This document shows, piece by piece, positions 26,790 through 38,776 of a stretch of 64,000 bases of DNA. The first letter of the stretch is position 1, and each line of letters starts with the position of its first letter. The notes beneath the pieces were generated by a model, which did not search any database, had not been told where the DNA came from, and worked only from the letters and a program-made list of their open reading frames with translations. The translations under genes and the position numbers were made by a program. This DNA comes from Mobula hypostoma (lineage: Eukaryota): the NCBI RefSeq assembly GCF_963921235.1, contig NC_086108.1, positions 88,600,001 through 88,664,000 of the forward strand, given 5' to 3'.

Positions 26790-27110
26790 TGGTAGGAAAC
26801 AAGGCATTAAACTTACAGAAAATTGTGGTTCTGCAAACAGTAAGTTATGCTAAAAATAATCTTATATTGTGATTTTGTTTGAAGGATAAATATTGACAAG
26901 GGTGTGGAGTAGAATGCAATGCTTTTCAAAATAGGGAAACAGGATTTTGTTTTTAACACTTAATTGAAAGAACAAATGTGGCCTCAGTTTAATGCTTCCT
27001 CTTAAAGATGCTACAACCCAACGTTGAAGAACTTCCATGGTACTGCACTGGAATGTGAGTTTAGGTTATAAACTTGTCTCCAAAATAGGGTTCACCATGG
27101 TCTAATTCAG
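26790..27110 (-). mobile_element. Ancient Deu-domain SINE (AmnSINE1/SacSINE1-like)
   Basis: Minus strand CCAGTGCAGTAC...TTAAACTGAGGCC...CAATATTTATCCTTCAA matches the recalled Deu-SINE core. Confidence 0.6.
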
Positions 27111-27149
27111 ATGACAATGTCTTCAGTTTAAAACTCAGATTGTATTTTT

Positions 27150-28915
27150 AGACCATAAGACATAGGAGCAGAAGAGTAAGCCAGTCAGCCCATCGAGTCT
27201 GCTCCGCCATTCAATCATGGGCTGATCCAATTCATCCAGTCATCCCCACTCCCCTGCCTTCTCCCCATACCTTTTGATGCCCTGGCTAATCAGGAACCTA
27301 TCTCTGCCTTAAATTCTCCCAATGACTTGGTCTCCACAGCCGCTCATGGCAACAAATTCCACAGATTTACTACCCTATTACTGAAGTAATTTCTCCGCAT
27401 CTCTGTTCTAAATGGATGTCCTTCAATGCTGAAGTCGTGCCCTCTTGTCATAGACACCCCTATCATGGGAAATAACTTCGTCATATCTAATCTGTTCAGG
27501 CCTTTTAACATTCGGAATGTTTTTATGAGATCCCCCCCCATTCTCCTAAAATCCAGGGAATACAGCCCAAGAGCTATCAGACATTCATCATACGGTAACC
27601 CTTTCATTCCTGGAATCATTCTCGTGAATCTTCTCTGAACCCTCTCCAATCTCAGTATATCCTTTTTAAAATAAGGAGCCCAAAACTGCAGACAATACTC
27701 CATGTGTGATCCCATGAGTGCCTTTTCGAGCCTCAACATCACATCCCTGCTCTGATATTCTACACCTCTAGAAATGAATGCCAACATTGCATTCGCCTTC
27801 TTCACCACTGACTCAACCTGGAGGTTAACCTTTAGGGTATCCTACACAAGGACTTCCAAGTCCCTTTGCATTTCTGCATTTTGAATTCTCTCCCTATCTA
27901 AATAATAGTCTGCCCGTTTATTTCTTCCACCAAAGTGCATGACCATATGCTTTTCAACACTGTATTGCATTTGCCACTTATTTGTCCATTCCCTAAGCTA
28001 TCCAAGTCTCTCTGCAGGCTCTCTGTTTCCTCAACACTACCTGCTCCTCCACCTATCTTTGTATCATCTGCAAACTTAGCCACAAATCTATTAATCCCAT
28101 AGTCCAACATTGACATAGATCATAAAAAGCAGCAGTCCCAACTCCGACCCCTGTGGAACTCCATTGGTAACCGGCAGCCAGCCAGAAAAGGTTCCCTTTA
28201 TTCCCACTCTCTGTTTTCTGCCGATCAGTCAATGCTCCACCCATGCTAGTAACTCCCCTCTAATTCCTTGGGCTGTTATCCCGCTAAGCAGCCTCATGTG
28301 CGGCACTTTGTCAAAGGCCTTCTGTGCAGTAGGTTTTCACATCTACTGCGTCTCCTTTGTCTACCCCACTTGTAATTTCCTCAAAGAATTGCAATAGGTT
28401 AGTTAGGCAGGATTTTCCTTTCAGGAAACCATACTGACTTCGGCCTATCATGCCAGGTGCCTCCAGGTACACCATAATCTCATCCCTAACAATCAATTCC
28501 AACAATTTCCTAACCACTGATGTCAGGCTAACAGGTCTATAGTTCCCTTTCTGCTGCTTCCCATCCTTCTTAAACAGCGGAGTAACATTTGCAGTTTTCC
28601 AGTCATCCGGTACAATGCCAGAATCTATCAATTCTTGAAAGATCAATGTTGATCAATCTCTCCAGCTACTTCCTTCAGAATCCGAGGGTGCATTCCATCA
28701 GGTCCAGGAGATTTATCCACCCTTCTCAGTTGTAATTTTCACTGCACGTACTTCATTTCCCTGACACTCTTGAATGTCCAGTATACTGCACATGTCTTCC
28801 ACTATTTCTCTGCCACCTCTGCGTATCTCATTACAATATCTCCAGCATCATTTTCTATTGGTCCTATATCTACCCTCAACTCTCCTTTATCCTTTCTATA
28901 CGTAAAAATGCTTTT
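27150..28915 (-). mobile_element. CR1 LINE, 5'-truncated
   Basis: PDDWK..GNYRPVSLTS, SCLTNLL, KFADDTK, ERVQRRFTRMIPG; 3' tail at 27150. Confidence 0.92.
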
Positions 28916-28918
28916 AGT

Positions 28919-28952
28919 GGGGGGGGGGGGAGAGAGAGGCAGAGACGGAGTA

Positions 28953-28992
<40 letters not shown>

Positions 28993-29000
28993 AGAGAGAG
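28919..29000 (+). repeat. Poly-G plus (GAGAGT)n microsatellite
   Basis: Directly visible. Confidence 0.95.
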
Positions 29001-29156
29001 AAAAAATTCAGGTGGAAAAGTGTAATTAAAAGATCAGCCATGATCTTACTGAGAGTTAGAGAAGGTACTAAGGTGAAAATTGCCTTCACTTGCTTCTATA
29101 TACAAGTTATATGCATGTGACCACATAAACAAACACACAAACCAACATCAGCTCAC

Positions 29157-29293
29157 CACTGCAAGACTGCCGCCATGTGTGATCAAACGACTACTTATGA
29201 AGTCCATCATCCAGTCTCCAGCCCGCAGGTTTTCACACAAAGGATGCCCTAGGTCATTGTTGGGTCGAATATCTGCGAGTACTGACATGAATC
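29157..29293 (-). CDS. AGL: AGL exon
   Basis: AG..GT, 137 nt; [45 protein letters not shown]. Confidence 0.96.
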
Positions 29294-30689
29294 CTAGTAA
29301 AGCACAGTAGTTCAATTACATTTACTGAGGGAAACCATTTGTATTAGAAATCCTATTATATACTAATTGTCCACTATATTTCAGTCAAAAAATACGATAT
29401 TTAAATTCAGAGCAAACAAAAAAAGTTGTGAAGGAATTCAGCAGGTCCAGCAGCATGTGCCAAGGCAGAGTGATGGTCACCATCTTTGGATCCTGCAGGG
29501 ATCCTGATTTAGGGTCCCCGTCCGAAACACCATCTACCTCAACAGATGTTGCATGACCCACCAAGTCCCCCAGCAGTTTGCATTATGCTCAAAATTACAG
29601 CATATGCTATCTCATCTCTCCATTTAACATCTGAATATTAATTTACCATAAATCTGTTTTAGATTATATCTCTCAGGAGATTGAGCATTCATTTACACAA
29701 GATTAAACTGACCCTCAAGAGGTTATTTATGTTGAATACAAGGTGTGATTAAATGGCACTGGTTTGATTTGTGAAGAATCAAGTCATTTCACCTGCGCCA
29801 TCCAGTGTGTCCAATAGGTATTACACCTGTTCAATTACCTATTCAGTACCATTTAACGCCTTGATCCTTTCTGTAAAAAGTAGTGATTATGTATCCTTAA
29901 ACATCTCACCAAATAATTAACCAGCACAGTGAATACTTCATGGGCTAATCAGTGGTGAAATGCCATCCAGATATGCACTTTCAAAATTGGTTCCTGAATA
30001 GAAACACTGGACAACAATTTTTTTTTTTGGAAAGTGCTGCTTCCTCAGATTTTTTTTTTGTTTATGATAGACTGCTTGAAGCTGAACACAAATAATAATT
30101 TCAGTCTACTTATAACATGTAGGAATTTGGAGAAACAATAAATTAACTTTTACTGAACATAATACATTTAATTGCCTAATGATGCTCCTGTTTTGTAATA
30201 ATTCAACTAAGTTAAAAATGTTTGGTTGATGATTTTTATTTGTACTCAGTGCTTGAGGCTTCTGGTTTCAATGTCCAACAATAATCAGACAGCATTAATG
30301 GATTCCAGTTGCCCTGATACGGTTTCTCCAGGACAGCAGTGTCCTGGTGAAATCTTTCACCATGCTCATTACAGACAACATCAAGATTTGCAGGGAAGTC
30401 TTCTAAATGGGAAGTCAGAAATTGAATCTTTAGTGACATGTTGCACTTCATGGCATGTTGTCAACCAGCTGCATGTAGTTTGATGCTCTGTAGTTGCCAA
30501 GAAAATTTTCAACAACATCCTTGAATGCCTTCTATGCATTTTCCCTGGTCCCACTAGAAGTTCTTCATCCTTCAATGCCTTCTACATATTTTCTCTGGTC
30601 CCACTAGAAGTTTTTCAAATTGCCTGTCACTGATGACGCGTTTGATTTGTGAACCAACAAAAATGCCTTCTTTAATCTTGGCATCAGTT

Positions 30690-30835
30690 CTGAGTTACTC
30701 CTGACGAAGGGTCTCGGCCTGAAACGTCGACTGAAACTCTTCCTATAGATGCTGCTTGGCCTGCTGCGTTCACCAGCAACTTTGATGTATGTTGCTTGAA
30801 TTTCCAGCATCTGCAGAATTCCTGTTGTTTTTGTT
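30690..30835 (+). mobile_element. Short Penelope-like terminal repeat inserted in the Chapaev3 element
   Basis: Flanked by TCAGTT (30684-30689, 30836-30841); same family as 865-1078, 43222-43338, 46340-46475, 53458-53675. Confidence 0.65.
30695..30734 (+). ncRNA. Minimal type I hammerhead ribozyme motif in a Penelope-like repeat
   Basis: CUGACGA, stem II AGG/CCU, GAAA, CGUC; stem I UUACUC/GACUGA with one mismatch; predicted cut after C30728. Confidence 0.65.
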
Positions 30836-31380
30836 TCAGTTATTCTGAATTGAATTATGAATTGAAATGACAAATATAGGCAATTACAAAAAAATGGTGT
30901 GTCATAGGGAAATTTCATAGTGATTTTCATGATCAGCAGTCCAAAATCCACAAGATAAACTCAGAAGTATTTAGGAAGCAAAGTTTTTGCTGTCCAGTGT
31001 AACCACGGAGGAAAAAAGCTGGCTAATTTGTTCCTTTGTAATCAATGTCCAGGGAAGTCCATTACAAATTCTAGCTTCTACCTTGTTGAAATCACTCAGC
31101 CCAACGTGATCAACACAAATGCTTGTTCATATGTATGGGGGGTCCAAAAGTCATGCCTTTGCAGTCCAGGGAGTACCCCGAACATTCAGTCCTAATACAC
31201 AAATATTAATATCCAACTCCTAATCTGATTAACAAGGGTTGAACCAGTCACAAATTAATCAAAGCAAATCCTTAAAAAAGCACTAAAAATATTTGACATA
31301 ATTTAATCAAAACAAAATTAATATTTAATTGTGCCTTAATTTGATTAGGCCCAGTATCCTTGCAAACCAGATTCACATAC

Positions 31381-31511
31381 CTTGCAAACCTGCATATTTC
31401 AAATGCCCAAAATTTGAAATAAAGTAGCAGCCACCACCATCTTCCTGTTCCTCACTATCACATCGATACAGTAACATGTTAAGGTCAGCCAATGTAAGAT
31501 TGGTAGTGGTT
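31381..31511 (-). CDS. AGL: AGL exon
   Basis: AG..GT, 131 nt; [43 protein letters not shown]. Confidence 0.96.
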
Positions 31512-32309
31512 CTATTGATGAAAAAGAAATAGGATAATTACTTGTTGACAAAATACCACAATACAAAATACTACTATTTACAGGAGAGTACCGCAGCTTC
31601 AACAAGTTGATAATGTGTGTTTTGTTATGTAGAAATTCAGTTTTGTCAATTCAAACTCCCATTTAACAAAGAATGATATAAAAGCAACATTCTGAGGATG
31701 ATAGGAATCTGAAATAAAACAAGCCCAAAAATACTCTGGTCAAAAGCAGTTGTAAATATTCTGCTTTAACAGCAAAGTATTTGCAGTATTTTCTGCTCTT
31801 AACATTGTCTGAATGAATAAAACACCTTAGCTTTTCCTTTCGGGAGGAACCTAGGTTCTATCCAGTTATGTGAAAAACCCACAGAAGGAACCTGTTAAGC
31901 ATTAAAACACAAATTAGATTTCCAAATAGAATTGAAGTATTGATCTTAATTAAGGGCCCATTTCCCTTTTGTTTTAATGTTTAGGAAAAGACCACAATTA
32001 TCCCCACTCAAAGACGTTTTGAAATTCAACAATTGAAGCTCTTTGATGAATTAGTCAAAGTTTATGGGAATATCAACCAAAATAATCTCTCATTAACAAA
32101 CGCTACATTAGAAGGAATACAACGTTAAAATAATTCTCGTGAATTTTGAGATTAAGACGGTTTGGTGGCCTTGTTCACAAATGACATGGAATTTCAACCA
32201 TTTTTATGATGTGTTGTTGCACAGACGGATCTGTGTTTCACCTAGGTCCACTGTTTAACAATCACCAGAGATTAACCAACAAGCAGTTGCCTCCGAATTT
32301 GTGATTCAT

Positions 32310-33370
32310 GCCCTTTTCTGGTTCGCAGATGGTGACTAGCAGTGTTCACAGGGGTCGGTGTTGGGACTGCTTCTTTTCAAGTTACACAGTATGTTGATGA
32401 TTTGGACAATGGAATTGATGACTTTGTGGACAAGTTTGCAGATGATATATGAAGATAGGTGGGGGGCAGGCAGTGTGAGGAAGCAGGAAGTCTGCAGAAG
32501 GATTTAGACAGATTAGGAGAATGGGCAAAGAAGTGGTAGTTGGAATATGGCGTAGGGAAGTCTACAGTCCTGCACTTGGGTAGAAGGAATAACAGTGTGG
32601 ACTATTTTCTAAATGTGGAGAAAATTAAGAAATCAGAGGTGTTAGTACAATGCTTTACAGTACAGGCAATTTGGATTTAACTCCTGCCGCTGCCTGTAAG
32701 GAGTTTGTACATTCTCCTCGTGACTGGGTGGATTTCTTCTCACAGTCCAAATATGTAGTAGTTGGTGGGTTAATTGGTCATTGTAAATTGTCCCGTGATT
32801 AGGTTAGGATTAAATTAAGGGATTGCTGGATGGCGTGGCTCAAAGGGTTGGAAGGTTCTACTCTGCACTGCATTTCGAACAATTAGTCAATCAATAAATA
32901 AATTATTCCAGGAATGAAAGGGTTAACACATGGGGAGTGTTTTATGGCCCTGGGCCTGTCCTCACTGGAGTTTAGAAGAATGCGGAGGATCTCATTGAAA
33001 CCTATCAAATATTGAAAGGCCTAAATAGTACGTGGATGTGGAAAGGATGTTTCCTATAGTGGGTGAGTTTAGGACTGGAAGACAGTCTCAGAATAGAAGG
33101 ATCTCCATTTAGAACAGAGATGAGGAGGGATTCCTTTATCCAGGGTATGGTGAATCTGTGGAATTCATCACCACAGACGACTCTAAATATGCCCAATGAC
33201 TTGGCCTCCAAAGCGAAAGTTGATAAGTTCTTGATTAGTCGCGTCACAAATTAGTTAGGTGGAGAAGGCGGGAGAATGGAGTTGAGAGACATAACAGATC
33301 AGCCATGATGAAATGATGGAGCAGACTTGATGGGCTGAACGGCCTAATTCAGTTCCTTTGTCTTATGGCC
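32310..33370 (+). mobile_element. CR1 fragment with a V-SINE insertion at ~32641-32900
   Basis: QGSVLG, KFADD and CR1 3' UTR on either side of the SINE. Confidence 0.8.
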
Positions 33371-33613
33371 TAAATCAGCCAGTTTCCTAATTCAAGAAAA
33401 GCAATAGATATACATACCATTGAAAAATAAAGTGAATGGTAACGATGTTTCAGAGAGACACTTATAGAAAATTGTATTAATAGAAAATATGTTGAGAAAA
33501 AAATTACAAGCTTGACTATTTCTGGTAAATAAATGATTGAATTTAAATTTTTTTGTTGAAAGCTTACTCGTCTACAAGTATATTTTAAAATCCAAAATAA
33601 ATAAGGCACTCAC

Positions 33614-33748
33614 GATATAAACGACTGAGCCAGTGCTGGCGGAGCACTCTTATCGACAATGCTGCCAGCTTTGTAAAATGGATTAAACTGGCTAAGATGA
33701 TAGCGAAGTACTCCAACTGCATGCTGAGCCTTTGGATCGAGACTCACC
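33614..33748 (-). CDS. AGL: AGL exon
   Basis: AG..GT, 135 nt; VSLDPKAQHAVGVLRYHLSQFNPFYKAGS...QSFIS. Confidence 0.95.
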
Positions 33749-33867
33749 CTGCAAACATGGTGATTATTACGTATAAAATGTTTCACAAAATCAAATGTCA
33801 CAATATAATTTTTTAAGATTACTAAACAAATTCATTTTTAGTCACTGTATGGAAGAAATTCACTTAC

Positions 33868-33977
33868 CGGAAGACAATGATGCTGCCAGGAGGAAAATTT
33901 TCAAATGCAAGTTCATAGACGTAGTCACTGCGATCCTTGGAAGTTACCTTTGCTTTAATAATCCTGCTTTCATTTAA
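33868..33977 (-). CDS. AGL: AGL exon
   Basis: AG..GT, 110 nt; LNESRIIKAKVTSKDRSDYVYELAFENFPPGSIIVFR. Confidence 0.94.
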
Positions 33978-34968
33978 CTAGAAAATAAATACAGAATTGG
34001 CTCTTGAAAAAAAATAGATATTGTGGTGTTTATTTTGCTGTAATACTGTCTTGACTGCACCTGTCTGCTGCCCAGCACTCCACTCTGCTGAACTTTATCT
34101 CGATCGAAAAGGCTGAACAAGCAAACCCTCTGACCTGAGGGCCATTCCCCTTGGTGCATTGGGCTCTGATCAGAATTCAAGCTTTAGACATCACCCCAAG
34201 GCTCCAACACAAGACCATTACGATGACGTTGGTTCAAAGGCTAGTTGCAAAAAACACTTAACACCCTCTTAAAAGGCCTGGACAACCAAAAATCATTTAA
34301 AAACTTTTCAAGTCAATGAAAACAATTAAAATGGTAAATATGTTAAAATCATTAAAATACTAACAAAAAAAGAAAATTATGGTTTCAATTAACAGAGTAA
34401 ATAAGTTTCAATGGCTTTGTTCATGAATAAGTGATTGAGAGTTAGCCCCTGGCTTGGGCGTCACTGTAGTGTTACGGCTAGTGTGGTGCCATTACAGCTT
34501 ACTGCTTAGGTGTTCGGAGTTCAATTCCAGTTTCGGATTTTCTCCGGGTACTCCAGTTTCCTCTCACAGTCCAAAGACATACCGGTTAATAGGTTAATTG
34601 GTCATTATAAATTGTCCTGTTGTTGGGTGGTGTGGCTCAAAGAGCTACAAAGTTCTACACTGCATCTCTGAATAAGGTAAATAAATGTGTAGCTGGATGT
34701 GTCCATAATGACATATAGACAGACCATGTAAGATCCTTCCCAGAAGTAGTTAGTGAATAAAATGGGTTTTTTACAACAATCTAATAATTTCATGGTCACC
34801 ATAAGTGACACTTCTAAATTGCAGATTTATTTAGTTACTGGAATTTAAATTCCTAAAATGGTACATTGGAACTTTGAAATCACACTGCCAGATCAGTAAT
34901 CCAGACCTTGTAAACTCTGTTCCAATTGCTTAATCACTATGCTACTGTAAGAAAATGTGCATCTTTAC

Positions 34969-35093
34969 CTGCAAATGTTCCTTGATATCCACCATATATT
35001 GTGGCAACCCATTAATAAAATGCTTATCTTTTTTGTAAGGAGCAGTTTTCCTTTGTACAGTCATGGCTTCCAACACAATCTCTTCTATTTTAC
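34969..35093 (-). CDS. AGL: AGL exon
   Basis: AG..GT, 125 nt; KIEEIVLEAMTVQRKTAPYKKDKHFINGLPQYMVDIKEHLQ. Confidence 0.95.
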
Positions 35094-35289
35094 CTACAAT
35101 AAAGATGAATGGTTTGAATTCTCAGTACATTCAGTCAAAACGCAATGAGAAACAAGGTGAACAAGGAGAAAGCTATATATTATGACCAAAAGTACAATTT
35201 TACATGTAACTTATCTCATTGCTGTTTGCGAGTCATTACTGCATGAAAATTGAATTCTGTGTTTGTTTACTACATTAGTGAATTATATT

Positions 35290-37510
35290 CAATAGACAAT
35301 AGGTGCAGAAGCAGGCCATTCGGCCCTTCGAGCCAGCACCACCATTCACTGTGATCATGGCTGATCATCCATAGTCAGTATCCAGTTCCTGCCTTATCCC
35401 CATAACCTTTGATTCCGCTATCTTTAAGAGCTCTATCCATCTCTTTCTTGAAAGCATCCAGACACTTGGCCTCCACAGCCTTCTGGGGCAGAGCATTCCA
35501 TATATCCACCACTCTCTGGGTGAAAAAGTTTTTCCTCAACTCCTTTCTAAATGGCCTACCACTTATTCTTAAACTGTGGCCTCTGGTTCTGGACTCACCC
35601 ATCAGCGGGAACATGCTTCCTGCCTCCAGCATGTCCAATCCCTTAATAATCTTATATGTTTCAATTTAAGATCCCCTCTCAGCCTTTAAATTCCAGAGTA
35701 TACAAGCCCAGCCACTCCAATATTTCAACATATGACAGTCCCGCCATCCCGGGAATTAACCTTGTGAACCTACGCTGCACTCCCTCAAGAACGTCCTTCC
35801 TCAAATTTGGAGACCAAAACTGCACACTGTACTCCAGGTGTGGTCTCACTAGGGCCCTATACAGCTGCAGAAGGACCTCTTTGCACTTATACTCAATTCC
35901 CCTTGTTATGAAGGCCAGCATGCCATTAGCTTTCTTCACTGCCTGCTATACTTGCATGCTTGCTTTCAGTGACTGATGTACAAGAACACCTAGATCTCGT
36001 TGTACTTCCCATTTTCCTAACTTGACTCCATTTAGATAATAATCTGCCTTCCTGTTCTTACCACCAAAGTGGATCACCTCACATTTATCCACATTAAACT
36101 GCATCTGCCATGCATCTGCCCACTCACCCAGCCTGTCCAAGTCACCCTGTATTCTCATAACATCCTCCTCACATTTCACACTGCCACCCAGCTTTGTGTC
36201 ATCGGCAAATTTGCTAATGTTACTTTTAAATCCCTCATCTAAATCATTAATATATATTGTAAACAGCTGCGGTCCCAGCACTGAACCCTGCGGTACCCCA
36301 CTGGTCACCGCCTGCCATTCCGAAAGGGACCCGTTAATCGCTACTCTTTGTTTTCTGTCAGCCAGCCAATTTTCAATCCATGTCAGTACTCTGCCCCCAA
36401 TACCATGTGCCTTAATTTTTCCCACTAATCTCCTATGTGGGACTTTATCAAAGGCTTTCTGAAAGTCCAGGTACACTACATCCACTGGCTCTCCCTTGTC
36501 CATTTTCATAGTTACATCCTCAAAAAACTCCAGAAGATTAGTCAAGCACAATTTCTCCTTTGTAAATCCATGCTGACTCGGACCAATCCTGTTACTGCTA
36601 TCCAGATGTGCTGTAATTTCATCTTTTATAATTGACTCCAGCATCTTTCCCACCACCGACTTCAGGCTAACCAGTCTATAATTCTGTTTTCTCTCTTCCT
36701 CCCTTCTTGAAGACAGGGACAACATTAGCCACCCTCCAATCCATAGGAACTGATCCTGAATCTATAGAACATTGGAAAATGATTACCAATGCATCCACGA
36801 TTTCTAAAGCCACCTCCTTAAGTACCCTGGAATGCAGACCATCAGGTCCCGGGGACTTATCAGCCTTCAGACCCAACAGTCTATCCAACACCATTTCCTG
36901 CCTAATATAAATTTCCTTCAGTTCATCCATTACCCTAGCCCTAGGTTCTTTGGCCACTATTATATCTGGGAGATTGTTTGTGTCTTCCCTAGTGAAGACA
37001 GATCCAAAGTACCTGTTCAACTCGTCTGCCATTTCCTTGTTCCCCATAATAAATTCACCCGTTTCTGTCTTCAAGGGCCCAATTTTGGTCTTAACTATTT
37101 TTTTCCTTTTCACATACCTAAAGAAGCTTTTACTATCCTCCTTCATATTCTTGGCTAGTTTACCTTCGTACCTCATTTTTTCTCTGTGTATTGCCTTTTT
37201 AGTTACCTTCTGTTGCTCTTTAAAAGTTTCCCAATCCTCCGGCTTCCCACTCCTCTTCGCTATGTTATACTTCTTCTCTTATTTTTATACTGTCCATTAC
37301 TTCCCTGGTCAGCCACAGCCTCCCCTTACTCCCCTTAGGATCTTTCTTCCTCTTTGGAATGAACTGATCCTGCACCTTCTGCATTATTCCCAGAAACACT
37401 TGCCATTGCTGTTCCACTGTCATCCCTGCTAGGGTATTGTTCCATTGAGCTTTGGCCAGCTGCTCCCTCATAGCTCCATAGTTCTCTTTGTTCAACTGTA
37501 ATACTGACAC
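35290..37510 (-). mobile_element. Relatively young 5'-truncated CR1
   Basis: Long ORF pieces with KSPGPDG, QHGF, DFQKAFDKVPH, GVPQGSVLGP, KFADDTK; CAATAGA tail at 35290. Confidence 0.95.
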
Positions 37511-38341
37511 TTCACAGAGACTTCATTGGCCGTGAGGCACTGAGGATATCATTAGGATAAATATATTAAGCTTTGGTTTTATTACAGCAGAGGTTTGGAT
37601 AACCTTTGTGCAGAAAACCAACAACCTAATTTGTGGTCTTCTGGTTTTCCCTCACCAGACCATGGAATCTCAGGAATCCACCAACCCTCCCCGATCACCC
37701 CATCATTCTCCACTATCTAATCAGGCAGGTTTCCATCAGTGCTCCTACCACTCCTCCACCCCTACAATCCTAACCACACTATCCAAAACTGGTTGGTCCT
37801 ATGGCCACTTGCTCTCATCATCTTTCCCCAACCTAGCCTCTGAAAGGCATACAAGGTGGTACAGCAGGACTTAGACAGCTTCATACACGAAGTTTCGAAC
37901 TCTTGGGGCAATGCCCCTGCATCTATCAGCTATTCTCCAAGGGAAGTTGAAGGAATATTAAAAGAAAGATTATGGATTTAAAACATAAATATACAACCCT
38001 TTCAACATTAATGAAACCTCAGTCTCATCCTTACTCTCACCAATCTGGATATCCTCATAGGATACACAAAGTTAGTTTGTCATTGGTTAAAGATTACTTC
38101 AGTCCTAGATAAAAATGCAGTGAAGGTAAAAGTACAAAACATTGCATTGTCAATGTGGACTCAATGTGGACTTGGTATTGGAAGCAACCAAGCTGATACT
38201 TAAGAGGTGCAAACTAGTTGAAGGGGTTACTTTTGTTGCTCATCTAACTTAATGATGCAAGTACTGCATTGGGAAGAATATAGAGTGTTCTCATTTTTGA
38301 TGATAAAAACACATGTTTAAAAAGAAAAGTAGAAGCAGTAC

Positions 38342-38492
38342 CTGGGATGCACATTGAAGGTAGGTCAGATTTGTAGTGATATTTTGTTGGGTCTCTAAAT
38401 GCAGTACGTGACACGGCCACTACCGAGTGGTGGGTATTTGGGCAATGTCGTGTTACTGCCACAATGTCCTCATCAACTTGATCCACATACAC
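38342..38492 (-). CDS. AGL: AGL exon
   Basis: AG..GT, 151 nt; [35 protein letters not shown]...MCIP. Confidence 0.97.
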
Positions 38493-38620
38493 CTTAAAAT
38501 ACATATCAACACAGTTGAAGAAAGATCTCGTAATCCTGATGCAATTTCAGTTCATTCAAGTCACGCAAGTTAGATCAATATTTCTGCATTTAAATAAAAA
38601 ATTGTTGCATTTTGCGTCAC

Positions 38621-38776
38621 CTGATTGAATAACTGAGCTCCTAGTTGACGATGAAGAAAGTTAATTGCTTGTTTTCCTGCAATGATTCCAGAGTTTTCAC
38701 TGATCTCCCCTGCAGATTCTGGAATAGCATCAGGATTATACTTGGGATAGAGCCTCTCTTCCCCAACCACAGATAT
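38621..38776 (-). CDS. AGL: AGL exon
   Basis: AG..GT, 156 nt; ISVVGEERLYPKYNPDAIP...LHRQLGAQLFNQ. Confidence 0.96.

Larger units (their letters stand above)
30005..30999 (-). mobile_element. Chapaev3-like (CMC) DNA transposon, internally deleted
   Basis: TIRs CACTGGACAAC and GCTGTCCAGTG; flanks AAA/TAA; transposase remnants AKIKEGIFVGSQI and MSLKIQFLTSHL..EHGERFHQD..YQG..MLSDYCW. Confidence 0.8.

Noticed and set aside
29790..29880. Cryptic AGL cassette exon after CTTTTTACAG on the minus strand
   Set aside because: Early stop in the required phase and no AGL similarity; the neighbouring exons already join in frame.
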